64,000 nucleotides of DNA, from NCBI GenBank assembly GCA_965248435.1, contig OZ252100.1, positions 128,001 to 192,000 on the forward strand. Reading direction: 5' to 3'. Within the stretch, counting starts at the first letter, position 1. Each line of letters starts with the position of its first letter. Source of the stretch: Candidatus Latescibacterota bacterium (GTDB lineage Bacteria > Latescibacterota > UBA2968 > GCA-2709665). Positions 28,281 through 38,168 of the stretch are shown here, piece by piece. The translations under genes were made by a program, and so were the position numbers. The notes beneath the pieces are model-generated. The model saw nothing but the letters and a program-made list of their open reading frames with translations. It did no database searches and had not been told where the DNA came from.

Positions 28281-28891
28281 ATGGTCGGACTCTTTCACAT
28301 TCGAGGCAACCGGACAGACCGCGCAGCCTATGAAGGCTTCGCGAGCGGTACGGAGGTGGATTTCGGTCACGCAATATCGTCTGATCTGGTCGTTTGGGAA
28401 CGGCGCGAGTCGGTAGTTGAACGTAGCCCGAGAGGAAGCTGGGATGAATTCAAGGTGTTTGCCCCACATATCGTCGAGCAGGACGGTGTCTATTTCATGT
28501 TTACACAGGATTGAACTATCCGCATCCAGAGTGGAGAAGACACCACAGCCTGGAAAGGATCGGTCTGGCCACTTCACGGGACCTGTTTCACTGGGAGAAA
28601 CACACCGACAATCCTGTAGTCACCCCCGGCGATCGGGCGATGTGGGGCGAACCGAAGCCGCCCGGAGATGTCAAGATGTCGGCAGGACGGGATCCGATGA
28701 TCTTCTTGGATGATGACCTGGCGATCACCAAGCCGGACTACGACTATTCCGGCGGATACGCGGGGCTGTTCGCGAAAGGGGAGGCTGATTTCAAGGAAAT
28801 TGAATGGGATCACCTCGGTCTTGGGCAGGCGCACTTCTGGGGCAAACCTTCCGGAATGGCCGATTCAAGTCGACGAAGAACATACGCGTGA
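28281..28891 (+). pseudogene. fragmented GH32/GH43-like beta-propeller glycosidase
   Basis: FGHAISSDLVVW, VFAPHIV..DG.YFMF; frameshift in the T-run at 28500-28502 (one more T gives MFYTG); IGLATSRDLFHW, RDPMIF, then a jump to a C-terminal-like segment. Confidence 0.75.
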
Positions 28892-28903
28892 TTGCTGGGG
28901 GAT

Positions 28904-28990
28904 TGGAGTGTTGGAGTAATGGAGTTTTGGGACACAGGGCTAGGATACTGGTTTTCCAATACTCCACCACTCCAGTACTGCAATACTCCA
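28904..28990. repeat. inverted arrays of an 8-bp TGGAGTNN unit
   Basis: TGGAGTGT-TGGAGTAA-TGGAGTTT..TCCAATAC-TCCACCAC-TCCAGTAC-TGCAATAC-TCCA. Confidence 0.75.
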
Positions 28991-29134
28991 GAATCGAAAC
29001 GTTTGGAGGCTTCACCAGAACCCGGTATGTGGCTTCCTTCTTCATTCGATATTCTGCTGTTCGATGTTCATTATTCGGTCTTTCATTGGGTCGTGTAGCC
29101 GCCGTCGACTGGAGGCCTCATTTCGATCCTTTTG

Positions 29135-30007
29135 CTATTGCGTTTTGTGGCATGCCAGGGGCAGGCCCGGGATGGAAAGTTCGACCTGTCCAATATGCCA
29201 TCGGCCCAGATTCGCGATGTAGAGCGTCTTGAAATCGGGCCCGCCGAAGGCCAAGTTCGTGCAGTTGGCCATAGCGTGGCAGAGGACATCCTCGACCAGG
29301 ATCGAGGTCTTCCGCTGCGGATCGATCCTGTAGATGCGCGACGGGGCGTAGCAGGAGCAGTAGAGGTTTCCTTCCACGTCGAACGCAAGACCGTCCGGCA
29401 CGTGAACGACGTCATCCACGAACAGTTCGCGAGGGCCGGCCGAGCCATTAGGGTTGATTCTGTAGCGGCAGATCCCTGGAAGAAAGCTCTCCACGACGTA
29501 GAGGTAGGACTCTTCGGCGTCCAGCGTCATCCCGTTGGCGAACGTCAAATCAGACCCGGCCCACAGCCGTCCCTCGCCGTCTGCATCGAAGGCATAGACG
29601 GCTCCTGTCGCCTGCTCGAAGGCACCTGAATCCGACACGTATAACGTGCCGTCCGAGGCGAAGACAGGATAGTTCGGCAGTTCGAGATGAGTGTCGTCGA
29701 CTGTTTCGGCCAGGGTGTCCACGCGCATCGTCTCCGTATCCATCCGCATGACGGCCCTGTTCTTCGGGTCGCAGAGGGCCATCCAGGATCCATCCGGAGA
29801 GAACGCCAGGCCCAACACGAACCCGCCCGTGCTGGCCACCTGTTCGGGTTTACCCTCGCTCGGATCGATTCGGTAGATCTGTCCGGCCTCTCCGCCGCAC
29901 CACACGGCCCCATCCGGCGCCACCGCGACGCCCTCGGGGTGGTCCATGTCCTCCGCGAGGATGCTGACCTGCTTCACGTCGATTTCCGCTTTATCACTGG
30001 GCGACAT
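29135..30007 (-). CDS. SMP-30/gluconolactonase/LRE family beta-propeller
   Basis: HPEG, LPNY, LYVSDS, FANG, VPDGLAFDVEGNLY, TNLAFGGPDFKTLY. Confidence 0.92.
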   Translation of the reverse strand: MSPSDKAEIDVKQVSILAEDMDHPEGVAVAPDGAVWCGGEAGQIYRIDPSEGKPEQVASTGGFVLGLAFSPDGSWMALCDPKNRAVMRMDTETMRVDTLAETVDDTHLELPNYPVFASDGTLYVSDSGAFEQATGAVYAFDADGEGRLWAGSDLTFANGMTLDAEESYLYVVESFLPGICRYRINPNGSAGPRELFVDDVVHVPDGLAFDVEGNLYCSCYAPSRIYRIDPQRKTSILVEDVLCHAMANCTNLAFGGPDFKTLYIANLGRWHIGQVELSIPGLPLACHKTQ

Positions 30008-30396
30008 CCTTTATCCTCTCCTTTCGACGTCCGGGTTCAGTGTGAGCCGCTCGATACCTCCTGAAGCGAGGATGAGTCTGTCGTCGCGACGCATCTGAAG
30101 GGCGGCCTGATGCAGCATTCGGTCGTCGAGCAGATGCGATCAGAAGGAGTACTGCGTCCATCGGGCCCAACGGGCGCGCCGCGGACCCGGGTTCAACTTC
30201 CGGTTCGTCAGGGTTGCTGAGAAGGGGGTATGGGAGGCACCTGGATTGGTTGAGTCGGATTGCGAAAGGTCTTATTCGGAGCTGCGTATGGATGCTGAAA
30301 ATCCTTTAGAATGTCAAGCAATATACAGCCAGGCGCGCTTGTTCGGACAGGATCGGCCGGTCACTTCAGGATGGAGCTTCGGATCCAGGACATCAT

Positions 30397-30442
30397 GAGA
30401 AAAACCGCACCGCCATCTCAATCTCAGGCGGTGCGGTTCTCT
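30397..30442 (-). terminator. intrinsic terminator (minus strand)
   Basis: Minus strand AACCGCACCGCC-12nt-GGCGGTGCGGTT followed by TTT-CTC. Confidence 0.7.
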
Positions 30443-30592
30443 GATCGGCCTCCTTCAGTGGGTGACGCCGCTCATTTCAAGAGAGACGCTGAAGAGTAGG
30501 TTCTCAATCAATAAGTACTACTCGCATTTTGTGGGATGTCGAGGGTAAGCCAGGGCTACTCCGGAATGGAAAGGCCTGTCCTCAAAGTGAAC

Positions 30593-30622
30593 TTGACAGC
30601 GGGCCTTCCTGCGTCTTAGGTT
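30593..30622 (+). promoter_or_regulatory. putative sigma70 promoter of the YdcF-family gene
   Basis: TTGACA-18nt-TAGGTT. Confidence 0.4.
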
Positions 30623-30660
30623 GAGCGCCGTGAATGATCTGTTAAGGAGCTCACAGACCC

Positions 30661-31380
30661 ATGACCCTACCTGAGAAGCTCATACAAGAGCTGCTGTTCG
30701 GGCCCCTCGTGATCTTTTTGATCGGGGGCCTGATGATCTTTTTCCGGAGGAGGCGCCGGGACGGCTTCAGGGCCGGATATCGGATCGGCCTGCTGGGTCT
30801 CGCCGCACTCGCGGTCCTCTGCAGCTATCCCATGGTGGCCCTCTTCTCCACGCCCCTGAGACTCATGATGCCGGACGGGGCTGAAGAGAATGCGGACATC
30901 ATCGTCGTGCTGTCGAGCAGCGTGACATCTCAAGGCGCCCCGACCTCTTACTCCGCAGACCGCGCTTACGCGGGGGCCAAGCTCTGGCTGGCAGGGCGGG
31001 CGCCGAATATCTTGCTGACCGGGGGGGAGAACAAAGACAGCCTTCGATACGCAAAGGCGATGCGACTGATCGTCAGGGGCATGACCGTGCCGGACGCTTC
31101 GATTCAGGTGAGTCCGGGCCTGAACACCTACCAGGAGGCGGCGCGTGGGAGACTGCAGCTCCAGGAGCAGGGCGTGAGCAGGGTCATCCTCGTGACTTCG
31201 TGGGTTCACATTCCGCGCGCGAAGGCCGTTTGGGAAAATCAAGGCTTCGAGGTAATCCCATATACCCGACTGCATCGAGAACCCACCAACCTCTTTTCGT
31301 GGGATAATCTGGGGGTCATGCAGGGGCTCCTTCACGAGTATGGCGGGATCGTCGTTTACAAACTGCGCGGCTGGATCTGA
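30661..31380 (+). CDS. YdcF/DUF218 (ElyC/SanA-like) membrane protein
   Basis: Two N-terminal TMs, IIVVL, LLTGG, NTYQEA, LVTS..HIPRA, HEY.G..Y..RGWI. Confidence 0.88.
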   Translation: MTLPEKLIQELLFGPLVIFLIGGLMIFFRRRRRDGFRAGYRIGLLGLAALAVLCSYPMVALFSTPLRLMMPDGAEENADIIVVLSSSVTSQGAPTSYSADRAYAGAKLWLAGRAPNILLTGGENKDSLRYAKAMRLIVRGMTVPDASIQVSPGLNTYQEAARGRLQLQEQGVSRVILVTSWVHIPRAKAVWENQGFEVIPYTRLHREPTNLFSWDNLGVMQGLLHEYGGIVVYKLRGWI

Positions 31381-31482
31381 CACAAATTCGATCCGCGCAT
31401 CTTGTCGGCGATCTAACTTCCGATTATATTAGGACTTCTACCAAAGATTCAACACAATGATGCTACGGGGACATAGTTCGAG

Positions 31483-33795
31483 ATGACGGTAAAGACCGAA
31501 GATTATCTCGGGATACAGGTTTACAAGGTGGTGGGGACCCGACCGATCCGCCACGACGGTACGGACAAGGTAACGGGGCGGGCCATTTTCGGGGCCGATG
31601 TCCGCCTTCCCGGTCTCCTGCACGGAAAGGTGCTGAGGAGCCCGCACGCCCACGCCCGGATTCGATCGATCGATGTCTCCGCGGCCGCGGCCCTGGATGG
31701 CGTGCGCGCCATCATTACGGGGAAGGATCTCATTCGTGAATTCGAGGACAAGGCCGAGGACCTGGGAGAAGAAGTCGTTCGGTTGAAGTATCTCTTTTCC
31801 GGCATCCTGGCCCAGGAGAAGGTCCTGTTCCACGGACACCCGGTCGCCGCCGTGGCTGCCGTCAATTCGCACGTCGCTGAAGAGGCGCTGGGATTGATCA
31901 AGGTCGACTATGAAGTGCTTCCACCCGTTCTGGATGTCAGAAAGGCCATGGAAGAAGGCGCCCCGCTCCTGCACGAGGATCTGACGACTGAATCCCTTGA
32001 AGGGGGAACAAAACGGGCAAGCAATATTTCTCAGCATTTTCAACACCGCCTGGGGGACGTAGAAAGAGGGTTTGGGCAGTCCGACGTGATCGTGGAGCGG
32101 GAATTCGAGACCGGGATGGTACACCAGGGTTACATCGAGCCCCAGAATGCGACGGCCCTCTGGAACCCTGACGGCACGCTGACGGTCTGGACAAGCAATC
32201 AGGGACACTTCGGAGTCAGGGATCAGCTTGCCCACATCCTGGACATGCCTGTTTCCAAAATCAAGGTGGTACCGGCCGAAATCGGCGGCGGTTTCGGAGG
32301 GAAGATCAAGGTCTACCTGGAGCCGCTGGCTGCGTTGCTCTCCAAAGAGACGGGTAGTCCCGTGAAATTCGTGATGACCCGGACAGAAGTGATACAGGCG
32401 ACCGGACCGACGTCAGGTTCCTACATTCGCGCAAAGGTGGGGGCAACCCGGGAGGGGAAATTGGTCGCGGCCTACGCCTACCTGGCATACGAGGCCGGTG
32501 CGTTTCCGGGTTCGCCCGTCGGTGCAGGCGCACGGTGTATGTTTGCGCCATATCATATCGAAAACCAGCAGATCGATGCATTCGAGGCGGTCGTGAACAA
32601 GCCGTCCACATCCGCGTATCGTGCTCCCGGGGCCTCAAACGCCGCATTCGCCTCTGAGACGGTCATCGATGAGATCTGTGAACAGCTGGAGTTGGACCCG
32701 CTGGAATTCAGGCAGAAAAATACGGCCACTGAGGGCACGCGCATCGCCGACGGCGTCGTCCTTCCCAGGATCGGTCATGAAGAGGTTTTGAAGACGGCCC
32801 TGGAGAGTGATCACTACAAAACGCCCCTGAAGGGCCCAAACCGGGGTCGTGGGGTAGCGACAGGTTTCTGGCATAACGGCGGCGGGATTTCGAGCGCGAC
32901 GGCCGCCGTGAACTCCGACGGCACAGTCAGCCTTGTCGAGGGGTCCGTGGACATCGGCGGTACCCGGACCTCCTCTGCCATGCAGCTTGCAGAGGTCCTC
33001 GGCATTTCGGCCGAAGACGTGATCCCAACGGTGGGGGATACGACAGGAATCGGATTCACCCGGCAAACCGGGGGCAGTCGGACCACGTTCGCGACCGGGT
33101 GGGCCTCCTACAAGGCCGCGCTAGATGTCAAGTGGCAGTTGATCGAGCGGGCGGCGGCGACCTGGGAAATGCCTGAAGATGATATCGAATACACGGATGG
33201 ACAAATACGGTCGAAATCCGATCCTTCTAAAACGATGACCTTCAAGGAACTCGCCGCGAACCTGTTTCAGACGGGCGGTCCGGTGATCGGCAGGGCGACG
33301 GTGAACCTGCCTGGCGGCACGGGGCCGGCCTTTTCTCTGACCATCGTAGACGTAGAAGTGGATCCTGACACCGGGAAAGTGGAGATCCTGCGGTGTAGCA
33401 TGGTGCAGGACGTCGGGAAGGCGATTCATCCCAGCTACGTGGAGGGGCAGATGCAGGGAGGCATGGCGCAGGGCATTGGATGGGCCCTGAACGAAGAATA
33501 TATTTATAATGAAGAAGGTGAGCTCACGAATGCGAGCTTCCTCGACTACCGGATGCCGACCTGCCTGGACCTTCCTATGGTGGACGCGATTATCGTGGAG
33601 GTGCCAAACCTGCAACACCCATTCGGAGTGAGAGGTGTGGGGGAAGTCCCCATCGTTTCTCCCCCCCCTGCTGTCGCCAACGCGATTTTCCACGCGATCG
33701 GCGTTCGGATGGATGTCCTGCCGATGACCCCGGGGCGCATCCTCCAGGCCCTCTGGCACAGTGGAGATGGTAACGGGAGGATCGACAGTGTCTGA
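31483..33795 (+). CDS. xanthine dehydrogenase family molybdopterin-binding large subunit (copy 1)
   Basis: KVTGRA, RSPHAHARI, HQGYIEP, GGGFGGK, AYRAPG, GGSRT, EGQMQGG, GVGE. Confidence 0.93.
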   Translation: MTVKTEDYLGIQVYKVVGTRPIRHDGTDKVTGRAIFGADVRLPGLLHGKVLRSPHAHARIRSIDVSAAAALDGVRAIITGKDLIREFEDKAEDLGEEVVRLKYLFSGILAQEKVLFHGHPVAAVAAVNSHVAEEALGLIKVDYEVLPPVLDVRKAMEEGAPLLHEDLTTESLEGGTKRASNISQHFQHRLGDVERGFGQSDVIVEREFETGMVHQGYIEPQNATALWNPDGTLTVWTSNQGHFGVRDQLAHILDMPVSKIKVVPAEIGGGFGGKIKVYLEPLAALLSKETGSPVKFVMTRTEVIQATGPTSGSYIRAKVGATREGKLVAAYAYLAYEAGAFPGSPVGAGARCMFAPYHIENQQIDAFEAVVNKPSTSAYRAPGASNAAFASETVIDEICEQLELDPLEFRQKNTATEGTRIADGVVLPRIGHEEVLKTALESDHYKTPLKGPNRGRGVATGFWHNGGGISSATAAVNSDGTVSLVEGSVDIGGTRTSSAMQLAEVLGISAEDVIPTVGDTTGIGFTRQTGGSRTTFATGWASYKAALDVKWQLIERAAATWEMPEDDIEYTDGQIRSKSDPSKTMTFKELAANLFQTGGPVIGRATVNLPGGTGPAFSLTIVDVEVDPDTGKVEILRCSMVQDVGKAIHPSYVEGQMQGGMAQGIGWALNEEYIYNEEGELTNASFLDYRMPTCLDLPMVDAIIVEVPNLQHPFGVRGVGEVPIVSPPPAVANAIFHAIGVRMDVLPMTPGRILQALWHSGDGNGRIDSV

Positions 33796-34492
33796 AACGG
33801 AAGCGCTTGAGTTTCGCTATACGTTCTCTTTCCCGGACGGAACGGAGGAGCGGTTCGAGCTTATCCTGGACCCGGACAGTCTGGTCCCCATCGAGGATGA
33901 GCCGGAAGATCTGCCCCATTGGACCGATCTCGAATTCCACAAGTGTTCTCACTGTCCCTTGAGTACCGAAACGCATCCGCACTGCCCCCTCGCCGCGCGC
34001 CTCGCGAATCTGGTCGATCGGTTCGGCAGGATCGTTTCCTTCGAACAGCTCAAGGTCGAGGTCGTCACGCCGGAACGCACGGTTAGCAAAGAGACGACCG
34101 CGCAACAGGGCCTGAGCGCTCTGATGGGGCTGGTTATGGCCACGAGCGGCTGTCCCCAAACGGCCTACTTCAAGCCGATGGCACGGTTTCACGTGCCCCT
34201 GGCGACGGCTGAAGGGACCCTCTACCGGGCGGCTTCGATGTACCTGCTGGCGCAATATTTCGTGAACGAGGCCGGGGGCGAGCCGGATCTGAAATTCGAA
34301 GGCCTGACCAGGATCTATGAGAACCTCCAGACGTTGAACTCGGCGATGGCGGATCGAGTGCGTTCGACCATAGAGAAGGACGCGGCGGTGAACGCCATTG
34401 CGATCCTGGACGTCTTCGCGATGAGTGGTTCGTTCGACATTCAGGATCAGCTAAAGGATATTCAGCACTTCTTCGCAGCCTACTTTGAATGA
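33788..34492 (+). CDS. DUF6901-like Cys-rich protein
   Basis: WTDLEFHKCSHCPL..HCPLA, V.TPER..K.T..Q.GL..LMG..MATSGCP..FKPMARFH.P.A. Confidence 0.75.
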   Translation: MSETEALEFRYTFSFPDGTEERFELILDPDSLVPIEDEPEDLPHWTDLEFHKCSHCPLSTETHPHCPLAARLANLVDRFGRIVSFEQLKVEVVTPERTVSKETTAQQGLSALMGLVMATSGCPQTAYFKPMARFHVPLATAEGTLYRAASMYLLAQYFVNEAGGEPDLKFEGLTRIYENLQTLNSAMADRVRSTIEKDAAVNAIAILDVFAMSGSFDIQDQLKDIQHFFAAYFE

Positions 34493-34653
34493 CCGTATCT
34501 CGTATCTCGTGAAACGCACCTCGCAAAACCCTTAGCCTCGAGAATAAGAGATACAGTTTTAGGAATTTGTAAAACCCTGCCTTTTTAGTATATTCGGACA
34601 CTCAGACGGGGTGATCCGCTAGATACAAACCTGATCTAGATCGGGAAAAGCGA

Positions 34654-35097
34654 ATGCCGATTCAGCAAATGAACTCTCCTGAAGCCAAAGCGGCCATGGA
34701 TGAAAATCCTGGAGCTGTGTATCTGGATGTGCGCACGGAGATGGAGTTCGAGCAGGGTCATCCCGAAGGCGCGATCAACGTGCCCGTGGCTTTCCCGCAA
34801 CCCGGAGGAGGCATGCAGCTGAACGCTGAGTTTCTTTCAGTGGTGGAAAAGGTCCTTCCTCACGACAAACAGATCGTCTGCGGCTGTCAGGCAGGGATGC
34901 GGTCTCAGAGGGCAGCCGAGATTATGGAGGGCGCTGGATACGAAAACCTGGTCAACGTAGATGGAGGCTTTGGAGGCAAGGTGGATCAGAGCGGCATGCT
35001 CGTCGTGCCGGGGTGGCGAGATTCGGATCTACCGGTTTCTGCGGAGGTGACCGACGATAACTCTTATCAGGGCCTCAAAAAGAAGGCCGGACTCTGA
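34654..35097 (+). CDS. single-domain rhodanese (sulfurtransferase)
   Basis: YLDVRT..EF.QGHPEGAIN, CQAGMRS active loop, GGF..W. Confidence 0.9.
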   Translation: MPIQQMNSPEAKAAMDENPGAVYLDVRTEMEFEQGHPEGAINVPVAFPQPGGGMQLNAEFLSVVEKVLPHDKQIVCGCQAGMRSQRAAEIMEGAGYENLVNVDGGFGGKVDQSGMLVVPGWRDSDLPVSAEVTDDNSYQGLKKKAGL

Positions 35098-35243
35098 GCG
35101 GCTCCTTCCTGTCAACGAGGATTGCGATCCATAATCTGAGGCGTAACCCCTTCAGGGAAAAGGCGTTTCCAGAATATGTTGATACTCACGGTCAAGTATA
35201 GATCAGGATAATTTCCTGGACCGAAAGAGGAGATGTCCCTGTC

Positions 35244-35273
35244 GGGGTGTGCCGCTGCGGCGCACCCCTTTTT
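35244..35273 (+). terminator. terminator/attenuator immediately upstream of the ABC operon
   Basis: GGGGTGTGCCG-CTG-CGGCGCACCCC-TTTTT. Confidence 0.7.
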
Positions 35274-35308
35274 CTATTCGAGCAAACTTTTTGTGGGAGA
35301 AGAGATCA

Positions 35309-36175
35309 GTGGAGGTCAATCACGATACCCCTGCCGTTTTCTGTAAAGAGCTCACTAAAATCTTCTGGTTGAGAGCAAAACCGAAGGAGCCGGGAAATGG
35401 GCTGCTGAGTAGACTTCGAAGGGTCCGAAAACCGATACATGCCGTAGATGACGTCAGCTTCGAAGTCCCCAGAGGAGAGATCTTCGGCATCCTGGGGCCG
35501 AATGGCTCCGGCAAGTCAACGCTGATCAGGATTCTTTCGACCCTCGTCTTTCCAGATTCAGGAGAGGCCAAAATCTTTGGACTTGACGTCGTGCGAGATG
35601 CGATGGAGGTCCAGCGCCGCATCACGCGTGTTTCAGTGGACGCGGCCTTCTTCAAGAAACTCTCGGCGTGGGAGAATCTGAGTTACGCGGCCCGTCTCTA
35701 TGGTGTGCCCGTGAAGGAAGCAAGACGACGAACCGAGCGGATCCTTGGGGAGATGGGGTTCGAGCCGGACCGAATGAACCAGCCCCTCGAGGACCTGTCT
35801 CGAGGGATGCAGCAGAAGATCGCCGTCGCCCGAGCCCTGTTCCCGTCTCCTTCGCTACTGCTCCTGGACGAACCGACGACCGGACTCGATCCTGTCTCGA
35901 AGCGGCAGGTGCAGGACTACGTGCTTCGCATCCGAAAACGCGACAACGTCACCGTATTGTTGACTACACACGACATGGATGAAGCGGAGCGGGTCTGCGA
36001 CCGGCTTTCCATCATTCATCACGGAAAATTCATCGCAATGGGCACCTTCGAACAAATCCAACAACAGGCCGGCTGCGTGGGTGGGTCGTTGGAAGAGATC
36101 TTCTTCCAGATGACGGGTACGGACCTTGCTCACGCCGATCTGGAGAGCGAATCGGGTCCAGGAGGTGGAGAATGA
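35309..36175 (+). CDS. ABC exporter ATP-binding subunit (DrrA/NodI-like)
   Basis: GPNGSGKST, LSRGMQQK, LLLDEPT, TTHDM; start probably GTG 35309. Confidence 0.9.
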   Translation: MEVNHDTPAVFCKELTKIFWLRAKPKEPGNGLLSRLRRVRKPIHAVDDVSFEVPRGEIFGILGPNGSGKSTLIRILSTLVFPDSGEAKIFGLDVVRDAMEVQRRITRVSVDAAFFKKLSAWENLSYAARLYGVPVKEARRRTERILGEMGFEPDRMNQPLEDLSRGMQQKIAVARALFPSPSLLLLDEPTTGLDPVSKRQVQDYVLRIRKRDNVTVLLTTHDMDEAERVCDRLSIIHHGKFIAMGTFEQIQQQAGCVGGSLEEIFFQMTGTDLAHADLESESGPGGGE

Positions 36176-36990
36176 ACTCGGTCATCGCGGAGGTGAAGGC
36201 CTCGGTGGCCTTCGTCGAACGCAACTTTAATCTGTCCAAACGGTATGCGGCGTGGGAAATAATCTTTCTGCTCTGGAACATCGTTCACGTCCTGACGATC
36301 GGCCTCATCGGGGTCTACATGGCGGAAGGTGACGCGGAGCGGGCCGCTCAGAACGTGATTTTCCTGATGGTCGGCGCGCTCCTCTGGAACTTCCTGAGAC
36401 TGCTGTTCTTTGAGGTGGCCGAGGCGATAGCGTGGGAACGCTGGGAGGGGACGATTGAATACACCTTCATGGCGCCAGTCCACCGGTTGACGCATCTGCT
36501 AGGGCAGTGCATCTTTGCGATCATCTATGGGTTTATCCGGGTGGGGATCGTGCTGACGATAGCGATCATGTTCTTCGGTTTGAGCATCGAGCACGGGAAT
36601 CTCCCGACGGCTGCCGTGGTTCTGGTGACAGCCAGCATTTCCTTCATCGGGCTGGGACTGATGGCGGCTGTTTTCCCGCTGCTGTCTCCAGAAAAAGGTG
36701 CCCGGGCCACGGACATATTCGGGACCCTACTGCTTCTGGTCTCCGGCGTTTATTATGAGGTGTCGGTCCTCCCAGACTGGCTGCGGCCTTTTTCTGTAAT
36801 CTCCCCGGGGACGTATGCCCTGCGTTCGATCCGAGCGGCCCTTCTGCACAACGCACCGCTGTCCGCAGTGCAGGGAGACCTGGTCATTCTGGGATTGACT
36901 GGCATTATCATGATCCCCCTTGGCCTCTTTGTTTTTCACGTCGCAGAAAACTATGCAAAACGAACGGGCAAACTCAAGCGGAGCGGCTGA
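36172..36990 (+). CDS. ABC-2 type permease
   Basis: Six TM helices, ERWEGTIE, SGVYY..VLPDWL..P.TYAL; overlaps the ATPase stop. Confidence 0.9.
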   Translation: MNSVIAEVKASVAFVERNFNLSKRYAAWEIIFLLWNIVHVLTIGLIGVYMAEGDAERAAQNVIFLMVGALLWNFLRLLFFEVAEAIAWERWEGTIEYTFMAPVHRLTHLLGQCIFAIIYGFIRVGIVLTIAIMFFGLSIEHGNLPTAAVVLVTASISFIGLGLMAAVFPLLSPEKGARATDIFGTLLLLVSGVYYEVSVLPDWLRPFSVISPGTYALRSIRAALLHNAPLSAVQGDLVILGLTGIIMIPLGLFVFHVAENYAKRTGKLKRSG

Positions 36991-36994
36991 TCCC

Positions 36995-38086
36995 GTGGGC
37001 ATTCGGAATCGACGCGCCACGGGACGTCAGGATGTTGGAAAGGCCCTGCTGCTCGAGCACGCTGCCGTAGAGCCTGGAGAGCGAATGCTCGATCTGGGTC
37101 GCGCAGGCGATCCCCTTGCCCTCAATTTCGCCGATCAGGCCGGCATCGTCTCGTTCGTCAGTCCCGACATTCGCGCCGTCCGAACGTGCCAGCGGGAGAT
37201 GGATCGACAGGGGACCAAGAACATCAACGCGATTCTGGATGACACCTTGCAAGAGGTTCCCGGTCGACCCTTCGATGTTGCCGTATACGAGCCCGTCAAA
37301 TGGGCGGCGAAGGGGTGGGTTTTCAAGCAGATCGATGAAACCTTCCGGATGCTTCGTGTTGGAGGGCGTTTTTGTATCTCCGGTCGAAAGGACCGGGGTG
37401 TAGAAAGCTATAAAGGCCGGTTGGAGGCCGTGTTCGGGAACGTGGACCTGATCTCCAAAAAGGGCGGAAATCGCTGCTACCGGGCCTTGAAGGAAAAGGA
37501 TCTACCCTGCGCGGAACCGGTAGAGACGCGTTTCACGACAGAGATTGCAGACCTTCCCGTGGGGCCCTACAGGCTGGAAGTTCGGGCCGGGGTGTTTTCC
37601 CGAGACGGCCTGGACGAAGGCACGCGATTCCTGATCGAGACGATGAAGGTCGGGGAGGCAGATCGCGTGCTGGACCTCGGGTGTGGTGCCGGGTCGATCG
37701 GTCTCGTCGCGGCTCGGATGGCCCACAATGGTGAGGTTACTTTGCTCGACGTGGACCTGAGGGCAGTGCGATGCGCGAGCCGGAATTTGGAACTGAATGC
37801 TGTTGAGAATGCGAGCGTCGCGTTGAGCGACGCATTCGAGGCTGTATCTGGACAGACATTCGACCTGATCCTGTCCAATCCCCCCTCACACGAAGGGGCG
37901 ACCACGGGCCGGGCCTTCGTTCGCGGGGCGGCCCGACATCTCGCATCGGACGGGCAATTCCTGGTGGTGTCAACCCGGGGAAATCCCTACCGCTTGCAGA
38001 TGGTGAAACAGTTCGAAAGGGTGGAGGAGATAGGGACTCGAGGCCCCTATTCCATCCTTCGTGCCAGACATCCGAAAAGGGCTTGA
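36995..38086 (+). CDS. RsmC/RlmG-like two-domain SAM-dependent methyltransferase
   Basis: GVFSRDGLDEGT, VLDLGCGAG, FDLILSNPP; degenerate N-terminal MTase domain; start uncertain (GTG 36995). Confidence 0.8.
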   Translation: MGIRNRRATGRQDVGKALLLEHAAVEPGERMLDLGRAGDPLALNFADQAGIVSFVSPDIRAVRTCQREMDRQGTKNINAILDDTLQEVPGRPFDVAVYEPVKWAAKGWVFKQIDETFRMLRVGGRFCISGRKDRGVESYKGRLEAVFGNVDLISKKGGNRCYRALKEKDLPCAEPVETRFTTEIADLPVGPYRLEVRAGVFSRDGLDEGTRFLIETMKVGEADRVLDLGCGAGSIGLVAARMAHNGEVTLLDVDLRAVRCASRNLELNAVENASVALSDAFEAVSGQTFDLILSNPPSHEGATTGRAFVRGAARHLASDGQFLVVSTRGNPYRLQMVKQFERVEEIGTRGPYSILRARHPKRA

Positions 38087-38111
38087 CAGTATGTTCGGGA
38101 AGGAGTATTCT
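38083..38111 (+). promoter_or_regulatory. sigma70 promoter of the molybdoenzyme operon
   Basis: TTGACA-17nt-TATTCT. Confidence 0.65.
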
Positions 38112-38168
38112 GTATTCCGCTGCCGAAAACCTTCGGATTCGATCTCCCCAAGATAGGAGGAAGCCACT

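Noticed and set aside
28904-29077. CRISPR array
   Set aside because: Units are 7-8 bp with no unique spacers, and there are no cas genes in the window
30011-30135. Possible gene remnant upstream of the lactonase (minus strand, LDDRMLHQAALQMRRDDRLILASGG...)
   Set aside because: Too short, with no clear start or family motif, to support a call
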